NCBI GenBank assembly: GCA_963801205.1
Contig: CAWDDV010000012.1
Span: 293 to 64,292, forward strand
DNA: 64,000 nt
Source of the DNA: an uncultured Acidimicrobiia bacterium
GTDB taxonomy: Bacteria; Actinomycetota; Acidimicrobiia; Acidimicrobiales; AC-14
Reading direction: 5' to 3'
Both the position numbers and the translations under genes were made by a program. This document shows positions 39,654-49,647 of this stretch, piece by piece (the stretch's first letter is position 1; every line of letters starts with the position of its first letter). A model generated the notes under the pieces. It saw nothing but the letters and a program-made list of their open reading frames with translations, did no database searches and was not told the origin of the DNA.

Positions 39654-41215
39654 TCAGTCGAGGGACTCGAGGGTGGTCGCGGACCAGATGGAGCGCAGCT
39701 CGGCGAGCGTGCTCTCCTTGAGGTCGGCCCGGGCCAGCTCGCCCTTGGTCGCCCGCTGCTCGGCCAGGTACTGCTCGGCCGCTTCCAGCGCCAGCCGCTC
39801 CCGGGGCGTCTCGCCGAGCACCCGCAGCGGTTCCAGCTTGGCGGTCAGGGCGGCCAACCGCTGCTCCTGGGCGGGCGTGCGCGTGGGGGCCGCTTTCAGA
39901 GCGAAGTACTCGTCGAACTCGGCCTCCAGCTCGGGGTCGATGGTGCTGCGCAGGCCGAACAGCTCGGATGTGAGGAGCTGGTCGGTGCGCATGGCCCCCA
40001 CCGGCGGCAGATCGGTGCGGACCACGACGGTGCGGGCCCGGTCGACCAAGCGCTCGACCACCACCACTTCACCGTCGCGGAGGCCTCGCAGGCAGAGCGG
40101 GTCATGGGTCGTGACCAGGAACTGCACGCGTGGGAAGAGCGCCCGCAGCCGGCCGACGATGCGCATCCGCCACCGGGGATGGAGGTGGGATCCCATCTCG
40201 TCGATCACGACCACGCCTTCGGCCGCGGTGAGGTCGGACCACCGGCTGAACAGGACGCTCATGATGTCGGCGGCGAGGGCGACGACCGACTGGTAACCGT
40301 CGCTCATCTCCTCCAGGCGGACACTGGCACCCAGCGTGCGGCACCGGATCTCATTACTGGCCCGATGGCGCTGGATGACGTCCTCGCCCTCCATGCCGAG
40401 AAGGCCCCGGAGGCCTCGGGCGGCCGCCGCGAACTCTCTGTCGCCCAGGGACAGCAGCCACGACGTGGCGTTGGCCAGCGGGGCGAAGGGATCGAAGAGG
40501 TTCGCCACCCGTGAGATCTGGGCCGCGGGGGCGTCCTCCTGCCGACGTGGAAGGAGGCGGGTCGAGCCATAGGCCAGGAGGAGGACCTTCGGGTCCGGGG
40601 ACCCTTCCCACGAGGGGTCGGTCCTGCTGAAGGTAAGTGTGAGGGGCTCGTCGATCCCGGTCAGCCATACGCGGACCGACCCCTTCTGTGCGCCGTGCCG
40701 GACGTAGCGGCGGGGGTCCAGGCCAGCTCGGCCCGTGCCTGCTGGCCCATGAGGGTGAGGGCGACAGCCTGAAGCACCGAGCTCTTCCCGGCCCCGTTCT
40801 CGCCCAGGAGGCTCAACCACGTGCCGCCGTCGGCACCGACCTCGGGGACGTCGAGCGCCAAGTTGGCGATGGGACGGAAGTTCCGGATCTCGAGGCGGCG
40901 AATAAACCGAGCGGTCTTGAAGTAGTCGACGTTCGTCGCCTCGTCCTCCAGCGAGTAGCTCGACTGTTGGATGCGGGATTCGGACTCGGCCCGCTGGGCA
41001 GTCTCCTCGTCCTCCACGCTGCGCTTCTTCAGCCGCACGTCGCCGATGAGGAGGTGATCTCCCGTGTCGACGATCGTTGTCTGGTCGGACTTGGCTAGGA
41101 GGCCACCAGCCACAGCCAGCCGCCGAACCGCCTGCCGGCGCGCCCCCGCGTATGGTGCCCTCTCGTCCAAGGACTGGTCGAGGCCAGGACGCCGCCACTG
41201 ATGTTGTGCCTCCAA
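39654..41215 (-). pseudogene. ABC/SMC-type AAA ATPase (AAA_15/AAA_21, Septu PtuA-like); one frameshift near 40730; probably fused to the upstream HNH-like module
   Basis: Walker A LLGENGAGKSSVL, signature-like MSDGYQSVVAL, Walker B GVVVIDEMGSHLHP, TTHDP. The N-terminal part is in ORF 40661..41215 and the rest in ORF 39654..41198. Confidence 0.75.
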
Positions 41216-41822
41216 GATCGCTTCACGGCGAGCCGGATGAGCTTGGTGTCGTTGAGATCGAAGGTCTCGATGGTGTACTGGCCCCGGACGCTTTCGGCGG
41301 CAACCTGCCCATTGTCAAGGAAGACCAGGTGTTCGTCGGGATCGTCTGCGCACGGATCGAGCAGGAGCGGCCGTTCGGCTGCCAGGAGGGCGCCGTAGGT
41401 ACCGATTCTGACGCGGTACCTTTGGACAGGGAAACGGCGGCCACGGGCTCGGGAGCAGCGGTGGCAGATCACGTAGAGGTTGTCCCACTCGTATGCCAGC
41501 CAGGCGTAGTGCTCCGAGCTCACGTCGCCGTTCCGGCCTACTGCCCCGCTGGGCGGCCGGTACCAGGAGATCGTGTCTATGTCCACGTTTGGCGACTCGC
41601 AGAACGCGGCACTTGCCAAAGAGCTTCAACAGGGCGGCCGCTAGCTCCGGATGCCTGAGCACGTTGTCGTCGCGCGGAACAAATGCCAGCTGCGCGCGCT
41701 TGGAGGTAGGCGAATTGATCTGACTGCGGGCCCACCTCGAGGGCTTCGCCGCGGGCCTCGGTGGTGCGAGCGTTGAGGAATACCGCTGGCGGGCCGGATG
41801 TCGGGCGCTCGACTCGAATCAC
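41095..41822 (-). pseudogene. Degenerate HNH-like (PtuB-paralogous) module; frameshifts near 41730, 41608 and 41220. The frame of the downstream ATPase stays open across the junction.
   Basis: Same scaffold as gene 38789..39652 (GKC-AFCES..VDID-TISW-YRP..YEWDNLYVICHRCSRA..FPV..PLLLDPC.DDP), but the catalytic His is replaced by TISW and the Asn by Ser. Confidence 0.55.
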
Positions 41823-41916
41823 ACCACCACCGCCGTTCGCTCGCCGCCCGTGGGCCGAACCTAGCCCGGTGGAGGCGATCCCGCTCGGGACCGGCGGGCG
41901 ACGGCGACGGGGTCGG

Positions 41917-43626
41917 TCAGGCGGGGCGGCGAACGACCGCGACGCTCGCCGGCGGCAAGCTCACGACGCCGTCGTCGGTGGTGGTGGCCGTGTCGTCCGA
42001 GGCCATGACCATGTCGCCGGCGACCCCCGAGATCCGGCGCGATTCAGGCGAGAAGTTGCAGGCGATGGCGAACGGGCCCCGCTCCAAGACCAGCCAGCGC
42101 TGGTCTTCGTCGAAGCGGACGTCGAGGCCGTCGAAGCTCCCCGACGACAACGGCGGCTCGGACCGCCGCAGGGCGATGAGGCGGCGGTGCCAGTCGAGGA
42201 GCTCTCGGTGGACGCCGTCGCCGACCTCGTCCCAGTCGAGGCGGGAGGCCTCGAAGGTCTTGGGGGACTGGGGGTCGGGCACGTCCTCCGGCGACCACCC
42301 GAAGGCGGCGAACTCCCGGCGCCGGCCCTCGCTCACCAGCCGCCCCAGCTCGGCGTCCTCGTGGTCGGTGAAGTAGAGGAAGGGCGTGCTCGCCCCCCAC
42401 TCCTCCCCCTGGAACAGCATGGGGACGAACGGACCGAGCAGGACCAGGGCGGCCGACAACTTCACCAACCCCGGCCCGACCAGCATCGACGACCGCTCGC
42501 CGGTGGCCCGGTTGCCCACCTGGTCGTGGTTCTGCAGGTAGCCGAGGAACTTCGAGGCGGGCAGCCCGGTCGGCTGACGGCCGTGGCGGCGCCGGCGGAA
42601 GGCTGAGTACTCGCCGTCGTGCACGAACGCATGGCGCAGGGCCTTGGCCAGCTGCCCTACCGTCCCGAAGTCGGCGTAGTACCCCGATCGCTCCCCGGTG
42701 ACGACGGTGTGGAGGGCGTGGTGGAAGTCGTCGCTCCACTGGGCGTCGAGCCCGTACCCTCCCACGACCCGGGGCCGCACCACCCGGGGGTCGTTGAGGT
42801 CGCTCTCCGCCACCAGGAACCCATCCCCGCCCACCTCGACCGCCAGCTCTTCCAGGATGTGGGTAGCGGACGTGTCGAGGATGGCGTGCACCGCATCGAG
42901 GCGCAGGCCGTCGGCGTGGTAGTCCCGCAGCCACATACGGGCGTTGTCGACCACGAACGCCCGCACCTCGTCGCTCCCGGGGCCGTCGAAGTTGACCGCC
43001 TCGCCCCACGGGGTGTGGTAGCGGTCGGTGAAGTAGGGCCCGAACTCCCGCAGGTAGTTCCCCGCCGGGCCCAGGTGGTTGTAGACGACGTCGATGACCA
43101 CGGCCAGGCCCTTCCCGTGGGCCGCGTCCACCAGCCGTCGGAGGCCGCCGGGCCCGCCGTAGGCGGCGTGGGGCGCGAACAGGTCGACCCCGTCGTACCC
43201 CCACCCCCATCGACCGGGGAACTGGTTGACGGGCATGAGCTCGACCACGTCGGCGCCGAGGTCGACGAGGTGGTCGAGGCGGGCGATGGCCCCGTCGAAG
43301 GTCCCCTCGGGCGAGAAGGTCCCCACGTGCAGCTCGTAGATCACCGACGACCCGTCCAGCGGACGACCACGCCACCCGCCGTCGGTCCAGGCGAAGGCGT
43401 CGTGGTCGACCATCCGAGAGAGCCCGTGGACGCCGTCCGGTTGCCACCGCGATCGGGGATCGGGACGGGCCGGCCCGCCGTCGAGCGAGAACCCGTAGGA
43501 CTGGCCGACCGCGGGCTCGGCCTCGGTCCGGAACCAGCCCCGCTCGTCGGGACCGTCCATCGCCACCCGCCGGTCGCCGACCACCAGGTCGACCCGCTCC
43601 GCCCGGGGCGCCCAGACCGACGTCAC
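41917..43626 (-). CDS. treZ: Malto-oligosyltrehalose trehalohydrolase
   Basis: GH13 motifs VIDVVYNH, GLRLDAVH, VAESD, YLQNHDQ. The GTGA start overlaps the treY stop. Intact. Confidence 0.9.
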   Translation of the reverse strand: MTSVWAPRAERVDLVVGDRRVAMDGPDERGWFRTEAEPAVGQSYGFSLDGGPARPDPRSRWQPDGVHGLSRMVDHDAFAWTDGGWRGRPLDGSSVIYELHVGTFSPEGTFDGAIARLDHLVDLGADVVELMPVNQFPGRWGWGYDGVDLFAPHAAYGGPGGLRRLVDAAHGKGLAVVIDVVYNHLGPAGNYLREFGPYFTDRYHTPWGEAVNFDGPGSDEVRAFVVDNARMWLRDYHADGLRLDAVHAILDTSATHILEELAVEVGGDGFLVAESDLNDPRVVRPRVVGGYGLDAQWSDDFHHALHTVVTGERSGYYADFGTVGQLAKALRHAFVHDGEYSAFRRRRHGRQPTGLPASKFLGYLQNHDQVGNRATGERSSMLVGPGLVKLSAALVLLGPFVPMLFQGEEWGASTPFLYFTDHEDAELGRLVSEGRRREFAAFGWSPEDVPDPQSPKTFEASRLDWDEVGDGVHRELLDWHRRLIALRRSEPPLSSGSFDGLDVRFDEDQRWLVLERGPFAIACNFSPESRRISGVAGDMVMASDDTATTTDDGVVSLPPASVAVVRRPA

Positions 43627-46278
43627 CGGCGCACCAGCAGCGCCACCGGGAAACGGGCCAGCAGTTCGCCGACGGCCACCGGGCCGCCCTCGACCTCGGC
43701 TCCGTCCAGCGCGTCCACCCACGCCCCGGGGGGCACGCCGACGGCGGTGTCACCCCAGCCGCCGGACCGGGCCAACCCGACGACCAGCCGGGGCACGACG
43801 ACCGCCACCTGCCCGCCCCGTACGAACCCGACCACGTGGTCGGCCGCCGACCCCTTCGCCATCAGCGGTTCGTAACCGGCCGCGGACCCGGCGAACGCCT
43901 CCGGGTGCTCGCGGCGCACGCCGAGCGCCCGCCACACCGTCCACAGCTTGGCCGCCCCTTCGTCGGCGAGGGCCGACACGTCGGCCGCCGACATGCCCCG
44001 CACCTTCTCCAGCAGGCTGCGGCGGGACTGGTAGTCGACCGGGCGGCGGTTGTCGGGGTCGACCAGGCTGAGGTCCCACACCTCCGTCCCCTGGTACAGG
44101 TCGGGAACGCCGGGCGAGGTGAGCTTGAGCAGGGCCTGGGCCACCGAGACCACCCGTCCCGGCTCCACCAGCGGCCCCACGAACCGGCCCAGGTCGGCCA
44201 TGAACTCCGCATCCCCGACCACGGCCGACACGAACTCCCGCAGCGCCCCGTCATACTCCGGCGAAGGGTCGATCCACGACGTGTGCTCCTTGGCCTCCCG
44301 CGTCGCCTTCTCCATGTAGGCCGCCGCCCGCTCGGCGTCGAGAGGGTGGGCGCCCACGAGGGTCTGGTACAGGAGGTACTCGGCGTTGGCGTCGGGGAGA
44401 CCGTCCGTCTTGTGGCGGGCGTTTATGGCCGTCCACCGGCGGACGGCCTCGGCCCACTCGGCGGGGATCTCCGACAGCAGGCCGATGCGGGCCCGGACGT
44501 CCTCGCTGCGCTTGGTGTCGTGGGTGGACGTGGCCAGCATGGTGTGGGGCCAGACGGCTGCCATCCGCCCGTTGAAGCGGTGGAACTCGTCGACCGACGC
44601 GCCGAACCGCCCGGGATCGCCGCCGACGTCGTTGAGGCTGACCAGCCGGTTGTAGCGGTAGAAGGCGGTGTCCTCCACCCCCTTGGCCATGACCGGTCCG
44701 GTGACCTGCTGGAAGCGGAGGGCGAAGTCGGCCTCCGCCTCGCCCGGCACCTTCAGGAGCAGCAGGTCGCACAGGAACGAGAACAGGGCCGGGTCGAGCT
44801 GGGGGCGGCGGGCGGCGGCCGTGTCCACCGCTGTCCGCACCACCTCGACGTCGTGGTCGGAGGGCGGCTCCCCCGGCCGCACGTAGGTCCGGTAGACGGG
44901 GAAGCAGGCCAGCATCTCCCACAGGGCCTCGTGCAGGTCGCGACGGGTGTAGTCCCGGTAGCGGCGGTGGCGCTCGCAGACCGAGACCAGGAGGTTCACC
45001 AGCCGGTTGACGTCGGCCCCCAGCACCTCCCGCAGGACCAGGTTCTTGCCCTCGGCCACGGCGTCGTCCCAGCGGGGCGGGTCGGCCAGCCCCAGGACCT
45101 CCCGGTAGAGCTCGGTGAGGGGCGCCTTGCCGGCGGGGTCGACGAACAGGCCCGCCACCACGTTGAGGAAGTCGTAGCCGGTCGTGCCGGCCACGGGCCA
45201 TGACGCCGGTAGGGCCTCGTCCCGCTCGAGGATCTTCTCCACCACCACGTAGGCGCCGTCGGACTCCTCGTGCAGCCGGTGGAGGTAGGCGGTCGGGTAG
45301 CGGAGGCCGTCGATGTGATCGACCCGGAGCCCGTCCACTCGACCGTCCTTCACCAGCTCGAGCATCTTCTCGTGGGCGGCGGTGAAGATCCGCTTCTTCT
45401 CGGTGCGCAGCCCGATGAGGGTGGGCACGTCGAAGAAGCGGCGGTAGTCGAGCTCCTGGCCGGCCGCCCGCCAGTAGGCCAGGCGGTAGTTCTGGCGTTC
45501 GAGGAGGGCGTCGAGGGCGTCGGGATCGTCGTTGGTGGCGGCGACGCCCCCGTCGACGGCCCGGGCCAGCTGGAGGTTCTCGTCTAGCAGCCGGGCCAGC
45601 TGGCCCCGGAGGACCTCCTTGTCCCGGTGGCGCTCGATGACGCTCTTCCTCGTCGGTGGCGTTGGCCGGTGGCAGGCGGCCGAGGGCGACGGCCAGGCTG
45701 GCCAGCTCGTCGGACCCGAAGAGCTCCGCCGTGCGTCCGAGCAGCTCGTCGAGGGTGCGGGGCGACACCGGCACCAGGTGGTCGAAGTAGCGGACGACGA
45801 AGCTGCCGCCGTCGCGGCCGAGGCGGAGGTCGCCCGCCTCCAGCACCCGTCCGTAGTGGTCGCCCAGGAAGGGGAGGAGGACCTTCTGGTGGGAGGCGCC
45901 GTCGGTGTCCCAGTCGATGTCGAAGGCGGCCGCCCACCGGCTGGACTGGCCGTTCTCCAGGACGTCCCACCACCAGGCGTTGGTCTCGCCGATGGCCATG
46001 TGGTTGGGGACGATGTCGACCACCTGGCCCAGTCCCCGGCGGGCCAGGGCCTCCGACAGCCGCTCGTGGCCGGCCTCGCCGCCGAGCTCGGCGTTGATCC
46101 GGGAGTGGTCGATCACGTCGTAGCCGTGGGTGCTGCCGGCCACCGCCTGCAGGATCGGCGACAGGTAGGCATGGCTCACGCCCAGGTCGGCGAGGTAGTC
46201 GACGATCTCGACGGCGTCGTCGAACGTGAACCCGGCGTGCATCTGGAGGCGGTACGTCGCCCGCGGCGGTCGTGTCAT
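43623..46278 (-). pseudogene. treY: Malto-oligosyltrehalose synthase; one frameshift near 45640
   Basis: N-terminus ATYRLQMHAGFTFDDA..YLSPIL..VDIVPNH (ORF 44251..46278). The rest, including GLRVDHIDGL, is in ORF 43623..45428. Confidence 0.9.
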
Positions 46279-46343
46279 CGGCGCTCCCGACCGTACCCAA
46301 GGGAGTGACCGGGGAAGCCCACCGCGTCCGCTTCAATAGGGCC

Positions 46344-47411
46344 ATGGACCTTCCGGTCATGCCCCCGGTCAAGCCGATGCTGGCCAAGCTGTCGCGAGAG
46401 CTGCCGGCCGCCGGTGGGGTGGTGTACGAGCCCAAGTGGGACGGGTTCCGGGGCATCGTGTTCCGCGACGGCGACGAGGTGGAGATCGGCAGCCGCAAGG
46501 AGAAGCCGCTGACCAGGTACTTCCCGGAGCTGGTCGACCCCATCCGGGCGCAACTCCCGAAGCGGTGCGTCGTCGACGGCGAGATCGTGATTGCCACCCC
46601 GAGCGGGCTCGACTTCGAAGCGTTGCAGCTGCGGATCCACCCGGCGGAGTCCCGCATCAAGATGCTGGCCCGGGAGATTCCCGCCTCCTTCGTTGCCTTC
46701 GACCTGCTGGCCATGGGCGACGACGACCTGCGGGGCCGCCCGTTCTCCGAGCGCCGGGCCCTGCTCGAGGAGGCCTTGGCGGGGGCCACGCCGCCCATCC
46801 ACCTCACCCCCGCCACCGACGACCGGGCGGTGGCCGAGCAGTGGTTCGAGAACTTCGAGGGGGCCGGCCTCGACGGCGTGGTGGCCAAACCCGTCCACCT
46901 TCCCTACCGGGAGGACGAGCGGGTGATGCTCAAGGTCAAGCACCAACGGACGGCCGACTGCGTGGTGGCCGGCTTCCGCTGGCACAAGAGTGGCCCCATC
47001 GTGGGGTCCCTCCTCCTCGGCCTCTACGACGCCGACGGGTCGCTCCATCACGTGGGCGTGGCCGCCGCCTTCTCCATGGCCCGGCGCAAGGAGCTGGTCG
47101 ACGAACTGGCGCCCTACCGGGTCGATGCCCTCGACGGCCACCCGTGGGCCGAGTGGGCCGAGTTCATGACCGCTTCCGGGGGCCAGGTGCCGGGGATGGG
47201 AAACCGGTGGAACGCGGGCAAGGACATGTCGTGGGAGCCGCTGCGAGCGGAGCTGGTGGTGGAGGTCGCCTTCGACCACATGCAGGGCGAACGCTTCCGC
47301 CACGCCACCAACTTCGTCCGCTGGCGCCCCGAGCGCGACCCACAGTCGTGCACCTACGACCAACTCGAGGTGGCGGTGCCGAAGGAGCTGGCCGAGGTCT
47401 TCGGCGCGTAG
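46344..47411 (+). CDS. ligC: ATP-dependent DNA ligase (short LigC-type)
   Basis: Adenylation motif I YEPKWDGFR plus the downstream nucleotidyltransferase and OB-fold motifs (EGLVAK-like GLDGVVAKP, KVKHQRTADCVV). Intact. Confidence 0.8.
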   Translation: MDLPVMPPVKPMLAKLSRELPAAGGVVYEPKWDGFRGIVFRDGDEVEIGSRKEKPLTRYFPELVDPIRAQLPKRCVVDGEIVIATPSGLDFEALQLRIHPAESRIKMLAREIPASFVAFDLLAMGDDDLRGRPFSERRALLEEALAGATPPIHLTPATDDRAVAEQWFENFEGAGLDGVVAKPVHLPYREDERVMLKVKHQRTADCVVAGFRWHKSGPIVGSLLLGLYDADGSLHHVGVAAAFSMARRKELVDELAPYRVDALDGHPWAEWAEFMTASGGQVPGMGNRWNAGKDMSWEPLRAELVVEVAFDHMQGERFRHATNFVRWRPERDPQSCTYDQLEVAVPKELAEVFGA

Positions 47412-47447
47412 TCCAAGGCCGATCGCGGCGGTTGGCTTGTCGCTCCG

Positions 47448-47478
47448 GTTGCCGCTCGGGTGTCAGCCGAGCGGCAAC
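47448..47478 (+). terminator. Hairpin downstream of the ligase gene
   Basis: 12-bp perfect stem GTTGCCGCTCGG / CCGAGCGGCAAC around a 7-nt loop. Confidence 0.5.
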
Positions 47479-47568
47479 GTCGGTAATTCCTTCCGTCCGA
47501 TCCCTCATCCATGTACCGCTCCGCTGCCACTCGGATGCGACCGAACGCATCGAGTAATCAGGCGGCGG

Positions 47569-48199
47569 TCATTGTGCGGAAGAGGGCTCGAGGTAGCCGA
47601 TCGGGCCTCCAGAGGAGACCGTGATCCGGCTCGCCATGATCCTGTCTACGAGCGGGCGGAGGTGGCCAGGCATTGGTTCACGTGACGCGGCCACCATCCC
47701 CGGCGAGACCCGCGTGAGGAGCGTGCCGACGAAGTGATGGCGTGGCGCCTCCTCGTCCGGGCGCGGTATAGGACTCGCTGTGCCCGGTCAACAGATACAC
47801 CGCGACAGGGAACGTCGCAACGGTCACCGCGAAGAGTTCGTTGTCCAGGACCCGAGCTGGATTGCATCGCCACCAGCGAAGGCTCGTCTCGTCGAGTTCA
47901 GTGTCAGTGTGCTGAACGTGAAAGCCGATCCAGCGACGCGAGTCGTAGGGGTACTTCGCGGCCTCCTGACGAGCGTCTGTGCGCAGAACGGTTAGTTGCC
48001 CGTCAACGACCCGTAGCTTGGGGCGGTCGAGGAGACGTTCAATCGAAGGGGCTGTGATCGGCAGGGTGAGCATTCCCGCACGCACCATCTTGTCGACGTG
48101 CGCAACGTGCAGGTCGAGACGTGCCGCCGCCACGGTTCGAGATAGCGCTTCAGGTCGGCTGTCGGGTACCGCGGACGTGGCAAATGTAGGCAGAGGCAT
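47569..48199 (-). pseudogene. Hypothetical protein in a lower-G+C patch; one frameshift near 47760
   Basis: ORF 47678..48199 continues in another frame (..PDEEAPRHHFVGTLLTRVSPGMVAAS..GYLEPSSAQ) to the stop at 47569. I recognise no family. Confidence 0.35.
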
Positions 48200-48264
48200 A
48201 TCGTGGCCCTTCGGTAGGGTTGGGTCTCGGTGACCCTTGATGGCGACGAACCTGATGGCCCGTC

Positions 48265-48603
48265 ATGCGTTGCACAATACACGATTTTCGCCACGTCGGG
48301 CACATGACGGCGTACACCGCCCGGACGTCGGCCCTCGTCGCCCACCTCGGCGGTACCCGGCCGACCTTCCTCAGCCCGCGGGAGGCGGAGGTCGCCACGC
48401 TCGTGGCCGAGGGACTCACCAACCGGCAGATCGCCCAGCGGCTCGTCATCTCCGAGCGGACCGCCCAGAACCATGTGCAGCACATCCTGGTCAAGCTCGG
48501 GTTCACCACCCGCAGCCAGATCGCGGCGTGGTGGCGCGGGGGGGACCAGATGAGTACTCCGATGAGTCATCCGGCGGATTCCAGAAGATCGGCGTTTTCG
48601 TAG
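48265..48603 (+). CDS. LuxR/GerE-type HTH protein (DNA-binding domain only)
   Basis: [44 protein letters not shown]. Confidence 0.7.
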   Translation: MRCTIHDFRHVGHMTAYTARTSALVAHLGGTRPTFLSPREAEVATLVAEGLTNRQIAQRLVISERTAQNHVQHILVKLGFTTRSQIAAWWRGGDQMSTPMSHPADSRRSAFS

Positions 48604-48657
48604 CGTTCCTCCTGCGGCCAGTCGGGTCGCACGGCACATACACCAGGAGGAAATGTC

Positions 48658-48948
48658 ATGTGGATCACCGTGGCCACCCCGTCGTTCTCGTCGATCGACC
48701 AGGTCGACGCCGTCATCGCCCAGTTGGACGGGGCCCGGAGGGCCTGGAGGCTCGCTACGTCGGGACCGCCGGCGACGGCACCCTCGGCCGTCGTTTCCCT
48801 CTGGCAGTCGCAGGCGCACGCCGAGCGCTTCCTGACCGAGAAGCTCGGGCCCGCAGTGGCCAAGGCCCTTGGCCCCGAGCCGGAGGGTGCAGCCGACCTC
48901 CTCGGTATCGACATCCAGCGTGCCTGCGTGGCCCAACCGGTCGGCTGA
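48658..48948 (+). CDS. Small hypothetical protein (possibly ABM/dimeric alpha-beta-barrel-like)
   Basis: 96-aa ORF preceded by AGGAGGAAA 5 nt upstream of the ATG. Confidence 0.45.
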   Translation: MWITVATPSFSSIDQVDAVIAQLDGARRAWRLATSGPPATAPSAVVSLWQSQAHAERFLTEKLGPAVAKALGPEPEGAADLLGIDIQRACVAQPVG

Positions 48949-49090
48949 CAGGCAGGACCGTCGTGGCGAGCGGCCGGGTGGGAGCGGGTTGACCGTTGTC
49001 ATCCGGCCGATTCGCGCCCTCCGTGGTTCCCGACCGGCGTCGGAGGGAAGACCTACCAACGAACCCCTTCGCGACACCCCTCACCACGCC

Positions 49091-49510
49091 ATGCCCAAGA
49101 CTCAAACCACCGGTCAACCGGCACCCGTACCGCTCCCGCTTCCAGTCACGCCGGGCGAGGCCCGGCAGGAACTGAAAACGATGCTCACCGGGACCCGTTG
49201 GTGCCGGCACGTCGACGGGGTGGTCTTGGCCGTGCACGAGGCGCTCACCAACGCCGACCGCCACGGCGGTGGCGTGGTCCGGGTGCACGCCGCGGTCGAG
49301 CGAGGAGCGCTGGTGATCGAGGTGTGCGACCGCGGCGCCGGCTTCGAGTTCCCCGCGGCCGACGAAGTCGCCGAGAACGGCACGCCGCCGGACGATCCGC
49401 TGGCCGAGCACGGTCGGGGCTTGTGTCTCATGCGCGAGATCGCGACCCGGATCGAGACCGAGCGCCACGGCTCCCACTTCTGCCTCCGCCTCCGCTTCGA
49501 CCCCCCCTGA
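49091..49510 (+). CDS. HATPase_c-type anti-sigma regulatory kinase (RsbW-like)
   Basis: VHEALTNADRHGGG..IEVCDRGAGF..HGRGLCLMREIA. Immediately upstream of a sigma factor gene. Confidence 0.7.
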   Translation: MPKTQTTGQPAPVPLPLPVTPGEARQELKTMLTGTRWCRHVDGVVLAVHEALTNADRHGGGVVRVHAAVERGALVIEVCDRGAGFEFPAADEVAENGTPPDDPLAEHGRGLCLMREIATRIETERHGSHFCLRLRFDPP

Positions 49511-49647
49511 CCGGCCCAGGAGGCCGGTCCATCGAGCATTTACTGGGCCATCCCTCGCAGAGGGTGGGCCAGTGAACGGCCCGGCTTGAGGCCCTGACGG
49601 GCCGGACGCCCTTTGGTAGGTTCCGACATACGACGAGGAGGGTCGGC

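Noticed and set aside
41823-41916. A retron-type ncRNA or reverse transcriptase associated with the PtuAB-like genes (as in retron-Septu systems).
   Set aside because: Only 94 nt separate the HNH-like gene from treZ. There is no RT ORF anywhere nearby, and I could not see the inverted a1/a2 repeats flanking a structured msr/msd region.
41917-46278. treY-treZ as functional members of the defence-like operon, because they share its strand and lie directly upstream.
   Set aside because: They form a complete, well-known trehalose biosynthesis pair with normal G+C. The adjacency is more simply explained by insertion of the accessory genes downstream of the operon.
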